Source: Macrostomum lignano (Eukaryota). Taken from it: a stretch of DNA of 64,000 bases. Shown here piece by piece: positions 1 through 19,509 of this stretch. The translations under genes and the position numbers were made by a program. The notes below the pieces were generated by a model. The model ran no database searches and was not told the origin of the DNA. It saw nothing but the letters and a program-made list of their open reading frames with translations. Where the stretch lies: positions 214,602-278,601 of the forward strand of contig NIVC01001498.1 in NCBI GenBank assembly GCA_002269645.1, in the 5' to 3' direction. Position 1 is the first letter of the stretch; each line of letters starts with the position of its first letter.

Positions 1-30
1 TTACTTTAACTTTTCAAGCGCTGTGTAACA

Positions 31-1610
31 TGCGATATTAGCGACTCCTAACTTAGATGTTAGTGACTGCTGACATAGATATTAGCGTCTCCTGACATAG
101 ATTTTAGCGACTCCTGACATAGATGTTAGCGACTCCTGACATGGATATTAGCGACTCCTGATATGGATATAGCGACTTCTGACGTAGATATTAGCGACTG
201 CTGACATGGATATTAGTACTCCTGACACAGATATTAGCGAATCATGACATGGATATTAGCGACTGCTGACATAGATATTAGCTACTCCTGACATGGATAT
301 TAGCTACTCCTGATATGGATATTAGCGACTTCTGACATAGATATTAGCGTCTCCTGACATGGATATTAGCGACTTCTGACATAGATATTAGCGTCTCCTG
401 ACATGGATATTAGCTACTCCTGATATGGATATTAGCGACTCCTGACATAGATATTAGCGTCTCCTGACATGGATATTAGCTACTCCTGATATGGATATTA
501 GCGACTTCTGACGTAGATATTAGCTACTCCTGACATAGATATTAGCGACTGCTGACTTAGATGTTAGTGACTGCTGACATAGATATTAGCGTCTCCTGAC
601 ATAGATTTTAGCGACTCCTGACATAGATGTTAGCGACTCCTGACATGGATATTAGCGACTTCTGACATAGATATTAGCTACTCCTGACGTAGATATTAGT
701 GACTCCTTGACATAGATATTAGCGAATCTTGACATGGATATTAGCTACTCCTGACACAGATATTAGCGACTGTTGACATAGATGTTAGCGAGTCATGACA
801 TGGATATTAGCGACTGTTGACATAGATGTTAGCGAGTCATGACATGGATATTAGCGACTGCTGACATAGATATTAGCGAGTCATGACATGGATATTAGCG
901 ACTGCTGACATAGATATTAGCTACTCCTGACATGGATATTAGCTACTCCTGATATGGATATTAGCGACTTCTGACGTAGATATTAGCTACTCCTGACATA
1001 GATATTAGCGACTCCTGACTTAGATGTTAGTGACTGCTGACATAGATATTAGCTACTCCTGACGTAGATGTTAGCGACTCCTGACTTGGATGTTAGTGAC
1101 TGCTGACTTAGATGTTAGTGACTGCTGACATAGATATTAGCGTCTCCTGACATAGATTTTAGCGACTCCTGACATGGATATTAGCGACTTCTGACATAGA
1201 TATTAGCTACTCCTGACGTAGATATTAGCGAATCTTGACATGGATATTAGCTACTCCTGACACAGATATTAGCGACTGTTGACATAGATGTTAGCGAGTC
1301 ATGACATGGATACTAGCGACTGCTGACATGGATATTAGCGACTGTTGACATAGATATTAGCGAATCTTGACATGGATATTAGCTACTCCTGACACAGATA
1401 TTAGCGACTGTTGACATAGATGTTAGCTACTCCTGACATGGATATTAGCGACTTCTGACATGGATATTAGCTACTCCTGACGTAGATATTAGCGACTGCT
1501 GACACAGATATTAGCGAGTCATGACATGGATATTAGCGACTGCTGACATAGATATTAGCGAGTCATGACATGGATATTAGCGTCTCCTGACATGGATATT
1601 AGTACTCCTG
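31..1610. repeat. 22-bp minisatellite (GATATTAGCGACTCCTGACATR)
   Basis: About 70 diverged tandem units read directly. Confidence 0.95.
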
Positions 1611-2094
1611 AAACAGTTCATGGTGACCCTTGTCTCCCAGACACATCAAATTGCAGTGCATTATTAAAAAGATGTTTCATTGAAATCAAATTTCGCCCCA
1701 ATTCGAATTTGCCGCAATAATCCCGAGGATAAATGATTAATTTAAATTACATTTTTTTTCCTGTGTACGTGTAATGATATGGAAAATCTATTGGGTTCTC
1801 GTGTCTGCGGATTTTATTTAATTATAGTAATCGAGGCCCCTTGAAGCTGTATTGAATAATTGATAATTTTGCAGAGCGATACGAAAGAATTCCGCACTGT
1901 AACTATGGGGAACAAGGCGAATTCACTAATCCAATTTCAGTTGTTAATTTTTTGAAGACGTCTCAACTGAATATTTGCATCTGGTAGAGGCTTGAGATTT
2001 TTTTCTCTTGCAGCTTGTACTATCATATCCGCGATCTCTCCGTTTCGGGAAAGAGTACTCCAGCTTGCCTCAGCTCTCTTGGTTTTTCTATCCT

Positions 2095-5000
2095 CTCCAC
2101 TCCTCTCATCTCGTCTCTCTTTTCCTCTCATCTTCTCTCCTCTCATCTCGTCTCTCCTTTCCCCTCATCTTCTCTCCTCCCATCTCGTCTCTCCTTTCCC
2201 CCCATCTTCTCTCCTCCCATCTCGTCTCTCCTTCCCTCCCATCTTCTCTCCTCCCATCTCGTCTCTCCTCCCCCCCATCTTCTATCCTCCCATCTCGTCT
2301 CTCCTTCCCCCCCATCTTCTCTCCTCCCATCTCGTCTCTCCTTCCCCCCATCTTCTCTCCTCCCATCTCGTCTCTCTTTTCCCTCCCCCATCTTCTCTCC
2401 TCCCATCTCGTCTCTCCTTTCCCCCCCCCATCTTCTCTCCTCCCATCTCGTCTCTCCTTTCCCCTCATCTTCTCTCCTCTCCTCTCATCTCGTCTCTCCT
2501 TTCCCCTCATCTTCTCTCCTCCCATCTCGTCTCTCCTTTCCCCCCATCTTCTCTCCTCTCCTCCCATCTCGTCTCTCCTTTCCCTCCCCCATCTTCTCTC
2601 CTCCCATCTCGTCTCTCCTTTCCCCTCATCTTCTCTCCTCTCATCTCGTCTCTCCTTTCCCCCCATCTTCTCTCCTCCCATCTCGTCTCTCCTTTCCCCT
2701 CATCTTCTCTCCTCTCCTCTCATCTCGTCTCTCCTTTCCCCTCATCTTCTCTCCTCTCCTCTCATCTCGTCTCTTCTTTCCCCTCATCTCCTCTCCTCTC
2801 CTCTCATCTCGTCTCTCCTTTCCCCTCATCTTCTATCCTCTCCTCTCATCTCGTCTCTCCTTTCCCCTCATCTTCTCTCCTCTCCTCTCATCTCGTCTCT
2901 CCTTTCCCCTCATCTTCTCTCCTCTCCTCTCATCTCGTCTCTCCTTTCCCCCCATCTTCTCTCCTCCCATCTCGTCTCTCCTTCCCCCCCATCTTCTCTC
3001 CTCCCATCTCGTCTCTCCTTCCCCCCCATCTTCTCTCCTACCATCTCGTCTCTCCTTCCCCCCCCATCTTCTCTCCTCTCATCTCGTCTCTCCTTCCCCC
3101 CCATCTTCTCTCCTCTCATCTCGTCTCTCCTTTCCCCTCATCTTCTCTCCTCCCATCTCGTCTCTCCTTTCCCCCCATCTTCTCTCCTCCCATCTCGTCT
3201 CTCCTTCCCTCCCATCTTCTCTCCTCCCATCTCGTCTCTCCTTTCCCCCCCATCTTCTCTCTTCCCATCTCGTCTCTCCTTCCCCCCATCTTCTCTCCTC
3301 CCATCTCGTCTCTCTTTTCCCTCCCCCATCTTCTCTCCTCCCATCTCGTCTCTCCTTTCCCCCCCATCTTCTCTCCTCCCATCTCGTCTCTCCTTCCCTC
3401 CCATCTTCTCTCCTCCCATCTCGTCTCTCCTCCCCCCCCATCTTCTCTCCTCCCATCTCGTCTCTCCTTCCCCCCCATCTTCTCTCCTCCCATCTCGTCT
3501 CTCCTTCCCCCCATCTTCTCTCCTCCCATCTCGTCTCTCTTTTCCCTCCCCCATCTTCTCTCCTTCCATCTCGTCTCTCCTTTCCCCCCCATCTTCTCTC
3601 CTCCCATCTCGTCTCTCCTTTCCCCTCATCTTCTCTCCTCTCCTCTCATCTCGTCTCTCCTTTCCCCCCATCTTCTCTCCTCTCCTCTCATCTCGTCTCT
3701 CCTTTCCCCCCATCTTCTCTCCTCTCCTCCCATCTCGTCTCTCCTTTCCCTCCCCCATCTTCTCTCCTCCCATCTCGTCTCTCCTTTCCCCTCATCTTCT
3801 CTCCTCTCATCTCGTCTCTCCTTTCCCCCCATCTTCTCTCCTCCCATCTCGTCTCTCCTTTCCCCTCATCTTCTCTCCTCTCCTCTCATCTCGTTTCTCC
3901 TTTCCCCTCATCTTCTCTCCTCTCCTCTCATCTCGTCTCTCCTTTCCCCTCATCTCCTCTCCTCTCCTCTCATCTCGTCTCTCCTTTCCCCTCATCTTCT
4001 ATCCTCTCCTCTCATCTCGTCTCTCCTTTCCCCTCATCTTCTCTCCTCTCCTCTCATCTCGTCTCTCCTTTCCCCTCATCTTCTCTCCTCTCCTCTCATC
4101 TCGTCTCTCCTTTCCCCCCATCTTCTCTCCTCCCATCTCGTCTCTCCTTCCCCCCCATCTTCTCTCCTCCCATCTCGTCTCTCCTTCCCCCCATCTTCTC
4201 TCCTCCCATCTCGTCTCTCCTTCCCCCCCCATCTTCTCTCCTCTCATCTCGTCTCTCCTTCCCCCCCATCTTCTCTCCTCTCATCTCGTCTCTCCTTTCC
4301 CCTCATCTTCTCTCCTCCCATCTCGTCTCTCCTTTCCCCCCATCTTCTCTCCTCCCATCTCGTCTCTCCTTCCCTCCCATCTTCTCTCCTCCCATCTCGT
4401 CTCTCCTTCCCCCCCATCTTCTCTCCTCCCATCTCGTCTCTCCTTCCCCCCATCTTCTCTCCTCCCATCTCGTCTCTCTTTTCCCTCCCCCATCTTCTCT
4501 CCTCCCATCTCGTCTCTCCTTTCCCCCCCATCTTCTCTCCTCCCATCTCGTCTCTCCTTTCCCCCCATCTTCTCTCCTCCCATCTCGTCTCTCCTTTCCC
4601 CTCATCTTCTCTCCTCCCATCTCGTCTCTCCTTTCCCCCCATCTTCTCTCCTCCCATCTCATCTCTCCTTTCCCCCCATCTTCTCTCCTCTCCTCCATCT
4701 CGTCTCTCCTTTCCCTCCCCATCTTCTCTCCTCCCATCTCGTCTCTCCTTCCCTCCCATCTTCTCTCCTCCCATCTCGTCTCTCCTTTCCCCTCATCTTC
4801 TCTCCTCTCCTCTCATCTCTCCTTTCCCCTCATCTTCTCTCCTCTCCTCTCATCTCGTCTCTCCTTTCCCCTCATCTTCTCTCCTCTCCTCTCATCTCGT
4901 CTCTCCTTTCCCCTCATCTCCTCTCCTCTCCTCTCATCTCGTCTCTCCTTTCCCCTCATCTTCTATCCTCTCCTCTCATCTCGTCTCTCCTTTCCCCTCA

Positions 5001-6690
5001 TCTTCTCTCCTCTCCTCTCATCTCGTCTCTCCTTTCCCCTCATCTTCTCTCCTCTCCTCTCATCTCGTCTCTCCTTTCCCCCCATCTTCTCTCCTCCCAT
5101 CTCGTCTCTCCTTCCCCCCATCTTCTCTCCTCCCATCTCGTCTCTCCTTCCCCCCATCTTCTCTCCTCCCATCTCGTCTCTCCTTCCCCCCATCTTCTCT
5201 CCTCTCATCTCGTCTCTCCTTCCCCCCATCTTCTCTCCTCTCATCTCGTCTCTCCTTTCCCCCATCTTCTCTCCTCCCATCTCGTCTCTCCTTTCCCCCA
5301 TCTTCTCTCCTCCCATCTCGTCTCTCCTTCCCTCCCATCTTCTCTCCTCCCATCTCGTCTCTCCTTCCCCCCATCTTCTCTCCTCCCATCTCGTCTCTCC
5401 TTCCCCCATCTTCTCTCCTCCCATCTCGTCTCTCTTTCCCTCCCATCTTCTCTCCTCCCATCTCGTCTCTCCTTTCCCCCCATCTTCTCTCCTCCCATCT
5501 CGTCTCTCCTTTCCCCTCATCTTCTCTCCTCCCATCTCGTCTCTCCTTTCCCCCCATCTTCTCTCCTCCCATCTCATCTCTCCTTTCCCCCCATCTTCTC
5601 TCCTCTCCTCCCATCTCGTCTCTCCTTTCCCTCCCCCATCTTCTCTCCTCCCATCTCGTCTCTCCTTCCCTCCCATCTTCTCTCCTCCCATCTCGTCTCT
5701 CCTTTCCCCTCATCTTCTCTCCTCTCCTCTCATCTCTCCTTTCCCCTCATCTTCTCTCCTCTCCTCTCATCTCGTCTCTCCTTTCCCCTCATCTTCTATC
5801 CTCTCCTCTCATCTCGTCTCTCCTTTCCCCTGATCTTCTATCCTCTCCTCTCATCTCGTCTCTCCTTTCCCCTCATCTTCTCTCCTCTCCTCTCATCTCG
5901 TCTCTCCTTTCCCCTCATCTTCTCTCCTCTCATCTCGTCTCTCCTTTCCCCTCATCTTCTCTCCTCTCATCTCGTCTCTCCTTTCCCTCCCCCATCTTCT
6001 CTCCTCCCATCTCGTCTCTCCTTTCCCCTCATCTTCTCTCCTCTCCTCTCATCTCGTCTCTCCTTTCCCCCCATCTTCTCTCCTCTCATCTCGTCTCTCC
6101 TTTCCCCTCATCTTCTCTCCTCTCTTCTCATCTCGTCTCTCCTTTCCCCTCATCTTCTCTCCTCTCCTCTCATCTCGTCTCTCCTTTCCCCTCATCTTCT
6201 ATCCTCTCCTCTCATCTCGTCCCTCCTTTCCCCTGATCTTCTATCCTCTCCTCTCATCTCGTCTCTCCTTTCCCCTCATCTTCTCTCCTCTCCTCTCATC
6301 TCGTCTCTCCTTTCCCCTCATCTTCTCTTCTCTCATCTCGTCTCTCCTTTCCCTCCCCCATCTTCTCTCCTCCCATCTCGTCTCTCCTTTCCCCTCATCT
6401 TCTCTCCTCTCATCTCGTCTCTCCTTTCCCCCCATCTTCTCTCCTCTCATCTCGTCTCTCCTTTCCCCCATCTTCTCTCCTCTCATCTCGTCTCTCCTTT
6501 CCCCTCATCTTCTCTCCTCTCATCTCGTCTCTCTTTCCCCCCCATCTTCTCTCCTCTCATCTCGTCTCTCCTCTTCTCTCCTCTCATCTCGTCTCTCCTT
6601 TCCTCTCATCTTCTCTCCACTCATCTTCTCTCATCTCATCGCATCTCATCGCATCTCATCGCATCTCATCTCCTCTTCTCAATTTTCTTC
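2095..6690. repeat. 4.6-kb polypyrimidine satellite, about 35-45-bp units (CATCTTCTCTCCTCCCATCTCGTCTCTCCTTTCCCC)
   Basis: Almost only C/T on the plus strand. Source of the 1272-1563 aa spurious ORFs. Confidence 0.95.
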
Positions 6691-7274
6691 TCATCTTAAC
6701 CCCTTTTTGCAATATTTCTCAGTTAGTTTCATATTATCTCATCTCGTCTCAGCTCATATATTTTCGCCCCCTCTCGTCTCCTAACATCTCAACTCAACAT
6801 CTCAACAGTGATTTATGCTATTTACAGCTGAAGGACTAGAAATGAGCTAAAGAGAATCGTTACAAATATTTGACCTCCCACACTGCTTTGTCTATTTAGT
6901 TAGCCATCGCATACCACACTGGCACGGTGGTCATGTAATATACAATCTATGAGCGAAGCCACGGCCACACAATTTAGTGCACACTATATTAATCTCATTA
7001 AAATGCGAGCACACACTTCCTGACACAGGATTGTCTCGGCTCTGTCCCATTAGGCATGAGAGAGATAGAGAGAGAGAGAGAGAGAGATCTCATTTGAAAG
7101 CTGTTGAATTGACCTACACCACAAGTAAATGGATCTCTCATTTGAACATTATTTATTTTCGTTAGTTTGAGTAAGCAAATTAACTGCACAAACTTTTTTT
7201 CGAACTTTTGCATTGGTTTCTTAGAGACTGAAATTGATGCGCTTCTTATTGAATTAGCCGCTCTGACGAACTTT

Positions 7275-8100
7275 ATTGCCTGTCTCTTCTCCCGCTGCCT
7301 GTCCTCTATTGCCTGTCTCTTCTCCCGCTGCCTGTCGTCTTTGCCTGTCTCTTCTCCCGCTGCCTGTCCTCTTTGCTTGTCTCTTCTCCCGCTGCCTGTC
7401 CTTTATTGCCTGTCTCTTCTCCCGCTGCCTGTCCTCTTTGCCTGTCTCTTCTCCTGCTGCCTGTCCTCTATCGCCTGTCTCTCCATCCGCTGCCTGTCCT
7501 CTATTGCCTGTCTCTTCTCCCGCTGCCTGTCCTCTATCGCCTGTCTCTCCATCCGCTGCCTGTCCTCTATTGCCTGTCTCTTCTCCCGCTGCCTGTCCTC
7601 TATTGCCTGTCTCTCCATCCGCTGGCCTGTCCTCTATCGCCTGTCTCTCCATCCGCTGCCTGTCCTCTATTGCCTGTCACTTCTCCCGCTGCCTATCCTC
7701 TATTGCCTGTCTCTTCTCCCGCTGCCTGTCCTCTATTGCCTGTCTCTTCTCCCGCTGCCTGTCCTCTATTACCTGTCTCTCCATCCGCTGGCCTGTCCTC
7801 TATCGCCTGTCTCTCCATCCGCTGCCTGTCCTCTATTGCCTGTCTCTTCTCCCGCTGCCTGTCCTCTATCGCCTGTCTCTCCATCCGCTGCCTGTCCTCT
7901 ATTGCCTGTCTCTTCTCCCGCTGCCTGTCCTCTATTGCCTGTCTCTTCTATCGCTGCCTGTCCTCTATCACCTGTCTCTCCATCCGCTGCCTGTCCTCTA
8001 TCGCCTGTCTCTCCACCCCTGTCCCTCTGGTACAGCCAGTTTCTCCTCCACCCCCAACCTGTCCTCCAACCTGTCCTCCAACCTGTCCTCCAACCTGTCC
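7275..8100. repeat. 33-bp minisatellite (CTGCCTGTCCTCTATTGCCTGTCTCTTCTCCCG) followed by a 12-bp repeat (CCAACCTGTCCT x4)
   Basis: Direct reading. Confidence 0.92.
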
Positions 8101-8914
8101 TTTTAACTGTGACTTTCTTCAACTGAAAAATTCAGCGCTCCAGTCTGTTACACTCGGGAGCGGAATTATAGTCAGTGGAAAGGCAGCAACACAGCGACTT
8201 CTTGTACTTATACACTGATCCTTACTCCTGATAACCTCCTTATGATAGCCCATACAGACCTGTTGGCTGCTGCACTTCTTCCTTCCACCCAGTTTGCGGA
8301 ACAAACCCTGAACACCCCTGGACACAGAGAGGCTGACTCCCGGGAGGTAAGCATTATAATTATATCGGCATCAAGGACTTACCCAACCTTCCGCTAAAAT
8401 CTCCTTCTCCATCGCTTCCCAAAAGTCTGGGCCAAAGTGCCAATTGGATCAAGGTGTCTGTAACTGGGGCGCCATTGTGTCGGGTTAAACTTTCAAGGAG
8501 ATTGCGAGACAAAAATCTGGGAGTAGAGAAAATCCTTCGTAAGTAGTGATGCTTCTACAATAGGAGGCTGGTTAGCAGTGTACAATATCCGTAGGACACG
8601 GCCTTTTCTTGTATAAGTAAAGCTGAAACTAACCGGGAGTTGCTGATCCAGATTCTAGTGCTGGATCTCCTTGAAAAGAACAACCCGGAAAGCGCGCTGT
8701 TCTGCTGCCGACCCGTGTGGTCTCGGCCCGCTAATCAAAGGTTATACGGGTTTGCAATTTTTCTACTGTAGTTCTCTGGCAGGGTGTTGCACCCTGTTGC
8801 TGCTTCTGTAAAACTACCAGTTCGCTTTCGTTCCGTCACGCCAGTGTCTAACTGATTTCTTCGGGGGCTAAGGAAGAAACTCATTGGCAAGAAGGAATCA
8901 ATTTACGTATATTT

Positions 8915-10470
8915 TCGATACATATCGGATTAATAATGGCCTAATTTATATTTCTATCGATACATATCGGATGAAGAATAATCTATTTTATATTTCTATC
9001 GATACATATTGGATGTAGAATAACCTATTTTATATTTCTATCGATACATATCGGATGAAGAATAATCTATTTTATATTTCTATCGATACATATCGGATGT
9101 AGAATAATCTATTTTATATTTACTATCGATACATATCGGATGTAGAATAATCTATTTTATATTTACTATCGATACATATTGGATGTAGAATAATCTATTT
9201 TATATTTACTATCGATACATATTGGATGTAGAATAATCTATTTTATATTTACTATCGATACATATCGGATGAAGAATAATCTATTTTATATTTCTATCGA
9301 TACATATCGGATGACGAATAATCTTTTTTATATTTCTATCGATACATATCGGATGAAGAATAATCTATTTTATATTTCTATCGATACATATCGGATGAAA
9401 AATAATCTATTTTATATTTCTATCGATACATATCGGATGAAGAATAATCTATTTTATATTTCTATCGATACATATCGGATGAAGAATAATCTATTTTATA
9501 TTTCTATCGATACATATCGGATGAAGAATAATCTATTTTATATTTCTATCGATACATTTCGGATGAACAGTAATCTATTTTTTCTATTTAATATCGATAC
9601 ATATCGGATGAAGAATAACCTACTTTATATTTACTATCGATACATATCGGATGTAGAATAACCTACTTTATATTTAATATCGATACATATCGGATGTAGA
9701 ATAACCTACTTTATATTTAATATCGATACATATCGGATGTAGAATAACCTATTTTATATTTACCATCGATACATATCGGATGTAGAATAACCTACTTTAT
9801 ATTTACTATCGATACATATCGGATGTAGAATAACCTACTTTATATTTAATATCGATACATATCGGATGTAGAATAACCTATTTTATATTTACCATCGATA
9901 CATATCGGATGAAGAATAACCTACTTTATATTTACTATCGATACATATCGGATGTAGAATAACCTACTTTATATTTACTATCGATACATATCGGATGTAG
10001 AATAACCTACTTTATATTTACTATCGATACATATCGGATGTAGAATAACCTACTTTATATTTAATATCGATACATATCGGATGTAGAATAACCTATTTTA
10101 TATTTACCATCGATACATATCGGATGTAGAATAACCTACTTTATATTTACTATCGATACATATCGGATGTAGAATAACCTACTTTATATTTACTATCGAT
10201 ACATATCGGATGTAGAATAACCTACTTTATATTTACTATCGATACATATCGGATGTAGAATAACCTACTTTATATTTAATATCGATACATATCGGATGTA
10301 GAATAACCTATTTTATATTTACCATCGATACATATCGGATGTAGAATAACCTACTTTATATTTACTATCGATACATATCGGATGTAGAATAACCTACTTT
10401 ATATTTAATATCGATACATATCGGATGTAGAATAACCTATTTTATATTTACCATTGATACATATCGGATG
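8915..10470. repeat. 42/43-bp AT-rich satellite (ATCGATACATATCGGATGWAGAATAAYCTAYTTTATATTT..)
   Basis: About 36 tandem units, each with an invariant ATCGATACATATCGGATG core. Confidence 0.95.
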
Positions 10471-10894
10471 AAGAAGGGCCTAATTTATATTCTACTTGTA
10501 TTTAGTCTCTATGCATACCGAGTGGTCAATTAAGCAAATTGAACCGTCCAAAACTTACTTTCCTGGGAGTGCGCTTGGCAAAAGCAATGTAGAAAACTTT
10601 CATTAAACAAAGCAACCGGGTTTCATTCTCAGAATGTAAAATTTTAACCCCAGAAAATTTTTTCTTCAAATCTGCTCAAAGCGCTTGAAGGGGTGGCAAT
10701 TTAATTAACAAAAACGACAGAGAATCTTGAAGAAAAACTTTGCCCCACCCAGGGGAATTAGTGACTTCCCCCACCCAACAAAGGGGAACAAAAAGTTGAA
10801 GTATAGCTGTTGACAAAAGTGTTTTTTTCCTGGAAGATCTGGCACTTTGGCTCAAAGAAATAATTAAGTCCCTCCCAGTTTTCTCATCTCCCCC

Positions 10895-12590
10895 TTCCAT
10901 CTCTCCCATCTATCTCACTTCCATCTCACTCATCCCCTCATCTCTCTCTCTCATCTCTCTCATCTCACTTCCATCTCACTCATCCCCTCATCTCTCTCAT
11001 CTCTCTCATCTCACTTCCATCTCACTCATCCCCTCATCTCTCTCATCTCTCTCATCTCACTTCCATCTGACTCATCCCCTCATCTCTCTCATCTCTCTCA
11101 CTTCCATCTCACTCATCCCCTCATCTCTCCCATCTATCTTACTTCCATCTCACTCATCCCCTCATCTCTCTCATCTCTCTCACTTCCATCTCACTCATCC
11201 CCTCATCTCTCCCATCTCTCTCACTTCCATCTCACTCATCCCCTCATCTCTCTCATCTCTCTCATCTCACTTCCATCTGACTCATCCCCTCATCTCTCTC
11301 ATCTCTCTCACTTCCATCTCACTCATCCCCTCATCTCTCCCATCTATCTTACTTCCATCTCACTCATCCCCTCATCTCTCCCATCTATCTCACTTCCATC
11401 TCACTCATCCCCTCATCTCTCTCACCTATCTCACTTCCATCTCACTCATCCCTCATCTCTCTCATCTATCTCACTTCCATCTCACTCATCCCCTCATCTC
11501 TCCCATCTATCTTACTTCCATCTCACTCATCCCCTCATCTCTCCCATCTATCTCACTTCCATCTCACTCATCCCCTCATCTCTCTCATCTATCTCACTTC
11601 CATCTCACTCATCCCCTCATCTCTCCCATCTATCTTACTTCCATCTCACTCATCCCCTTATCTCTCCCATCTATCTCACGTCCATCTCACTCATCCCCTC
11701 ATCTCTCTCATCTATCTCACTTCCATCTCACTCATCCCCTCATCTCTCCCATCTATCTCACTTCCATCTCACTCATCCCCACATCTCTCTCATCTATCTC
11801 ACTTCCATCTCACTCATCCCCTCATCTCTCTCATATCTCTCACTTCCATCTCACTCATCCCCTCATCTCTCCCATCTATCTTACTTCCATCTCACTCATC
11901 CCCTCATCTCTCCCATCTATCTCACTTCCATCTCACTCATCATCTCATCTCTCTCATCTATCTCACTTCCATCTCACTCATCCCCTCATCTCTCCCATCT
12001 ATCTTACTTCCATCTCACTCATCCCCTCATCTCTCCCATCTATCTCACTTCCATCTCACTCATCCCCTCATCTCTCCCATCTATCTCACTTCCATCTCAC
12101 TCATCCCCTCATCTCTCTCATCTATCTCATCTCTCTTCCATCTAACTCATCCCCTCATCTCTCTCATCCCACTTCCATCTAACTCATCCCCTCATCTCTC
12201 TCATCCCACTTCCATCTAACTCATCCCCTCATCTATCTCATCCCACTTCCATCTAACTCATCCCCTCATCTCTCTCATCCCACTTCCATCTAACTCAACC
12301 CCTCATCTCTCTCATCTCTCTCATCTCTCTCATCTCTTTTCCATCTCGCTCATCTCCCCCTCATCTCCCTCTTATCTCCCTTTTATCTCTCATCTTCCAT
12401 CATCTCTCTTATCTCCCTCCGACCTCTCTCTTATCTCTCTCTCATCTCTCATCTCCCCTTATCTATCTCATCTCCCCCTCATCTCTCACGTCTTCTCCTC
12501 ATCTGTCTCATCTCCCTATCTCCCTCCTATCTCTTTTTTATCTCCTTTTCATCTCTTATCTCCTCTCATCTCTCATCTCCCTCCTATCTT
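10895..12590. repeat. About 41-bp C/T-rich satellite (CTCACTTCCATCTCACTCATCCCCTCATCTCTCCCATCTAT)
   Basis: Direct reading. Degenerates towards the right end. Confidence 0.93.
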
Positions 12591-13963
12591 TGCAATCGAA
12601 ATTCCATCCAATACACTAACATCTGGTTAGTTCTCTGAACTAACATGACAACCACTTGCATATTTTATTGACTCGGTGTTTTTCGAAGCATTCTAAGCAT
12701 TTGTCTAAGAAGACGATAAACCACAAAAGTTATCGCCACCAGTCTCTCAAGGTCTTGAACAGCGCAAAGTAGCAGACCGCGGACGCGAACTGTATAAATT
12801 GCTGCGAGCACATTTGAAAGAGAATCATAAGGGGTCTGGTTCATGTCACGCTTGTTAGCTTTGACGAAATAATATAATATAGGAAACACAGCTTCACCCA
12901 GTTCAGACAGAACTAGATGTACATTACACACAGTTACGTGGTATTAGTCACGTGGTTGCGAATTGGTTTCGTTAACTGCCAGACTCTGCAAATTGCAATC
13001 ATAATCCACAGATGCAAATTGTATTCAGATCTGCCTGTGCTTGCTTGTATGTATGCTTGTATGTTTGGATTGCGCTGGCTCTAGCAGATGTCAATCGGAT
13101 CCGATGTCAATCGGAGGTGCCAAAGATCGCAGACACACGCTCACACACGGTGCACAGCGGTCTTGACTTTCTAATCGTCTGTGCCTTGGGAGTTGGCCCT
13201 TCTGAATCTGGCCGAGGCCAAAGATCAAAGGGAAAGTTAAGATTATAGGCCATGGCTCAAGGGGAGTTGCTGAGATACCAATGCTCAATGTGCCGATATC
13301 TTTAGAATTCGTGCTTTAAAGCTTAAAACTACATCTTTAAAAAGCTCTCTGTGCACCCAGAATCCTACGAGTACATGCGTAGACAGCATAGTAGTTTTTG
13401 AAAATCATTTTACCTCCCCAAAACGGGGGGGGGCATAGATTGCTAGTCCAATATACCAAAATTATCGATATATTGCTGCGTCTTTCCACAGCGCACGCCG
13501 ATGGCCCAAGACTGGAGTGTTTTAAGTGGCGCCTCTTTCGCCCGCTCTCATCTTGTTTGCCTCGGGCAAACACAGAACAGTAAAGGATTTATTGAATACG
13601 AATAAACTGTATTTAGTCGATTATATTTGTCGCCAAAGTGAGATTAACTCTCTTTTATATATAGGAGGATATTAAAGTTTTATTAAGTATCAACACAAAG
13701 CTGACTTGCCGATAAAGACTAGGGCATTTGAGTTCCAGACATTTGCTCTGCATCTTTGATAAAGAAGCCTTCCAAACTAGGGCATTGAGTCTGACTTCCG
13801 TGACTTCTGAGGGATCGAATGTTCTGCTAATTTGGTCTGGGGGCTTGGTCTGGGGATAAGCTGGTAAGGGCTGACTTCGGATCCGCTTGGCGGGATTTGG
13901 CTTCCTGCCAAAGGCCGGCCTGGAATTGAATCTAGTGCAAAATATCCATCCAACTCTCTATTC

Positions 13964-19509
<5,546 letters not shown>

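Noticed and set aside
1992-6699. 1272-1563 aa S/P/L-rich ORFs and the antisense R/E/G-rich ORFs
   Set aside because: All three frames are open only because a C/T repeat cannot make stop codons. There is no domain or splice support.
8119-8900. Possible exons in the 8.1-8.9 kb island (strong donors on both strands)
   Set aside because: Several competing frames, none recognisable or phase-linked, so it is left uncalled.
8915-10470. CRISPR-like appearance of the 42/43-, 45- and 60-bp arrays
   Set aside because: Units are contiguous with no unique spacers, there are no cas genes, and the context is eukaryotic.
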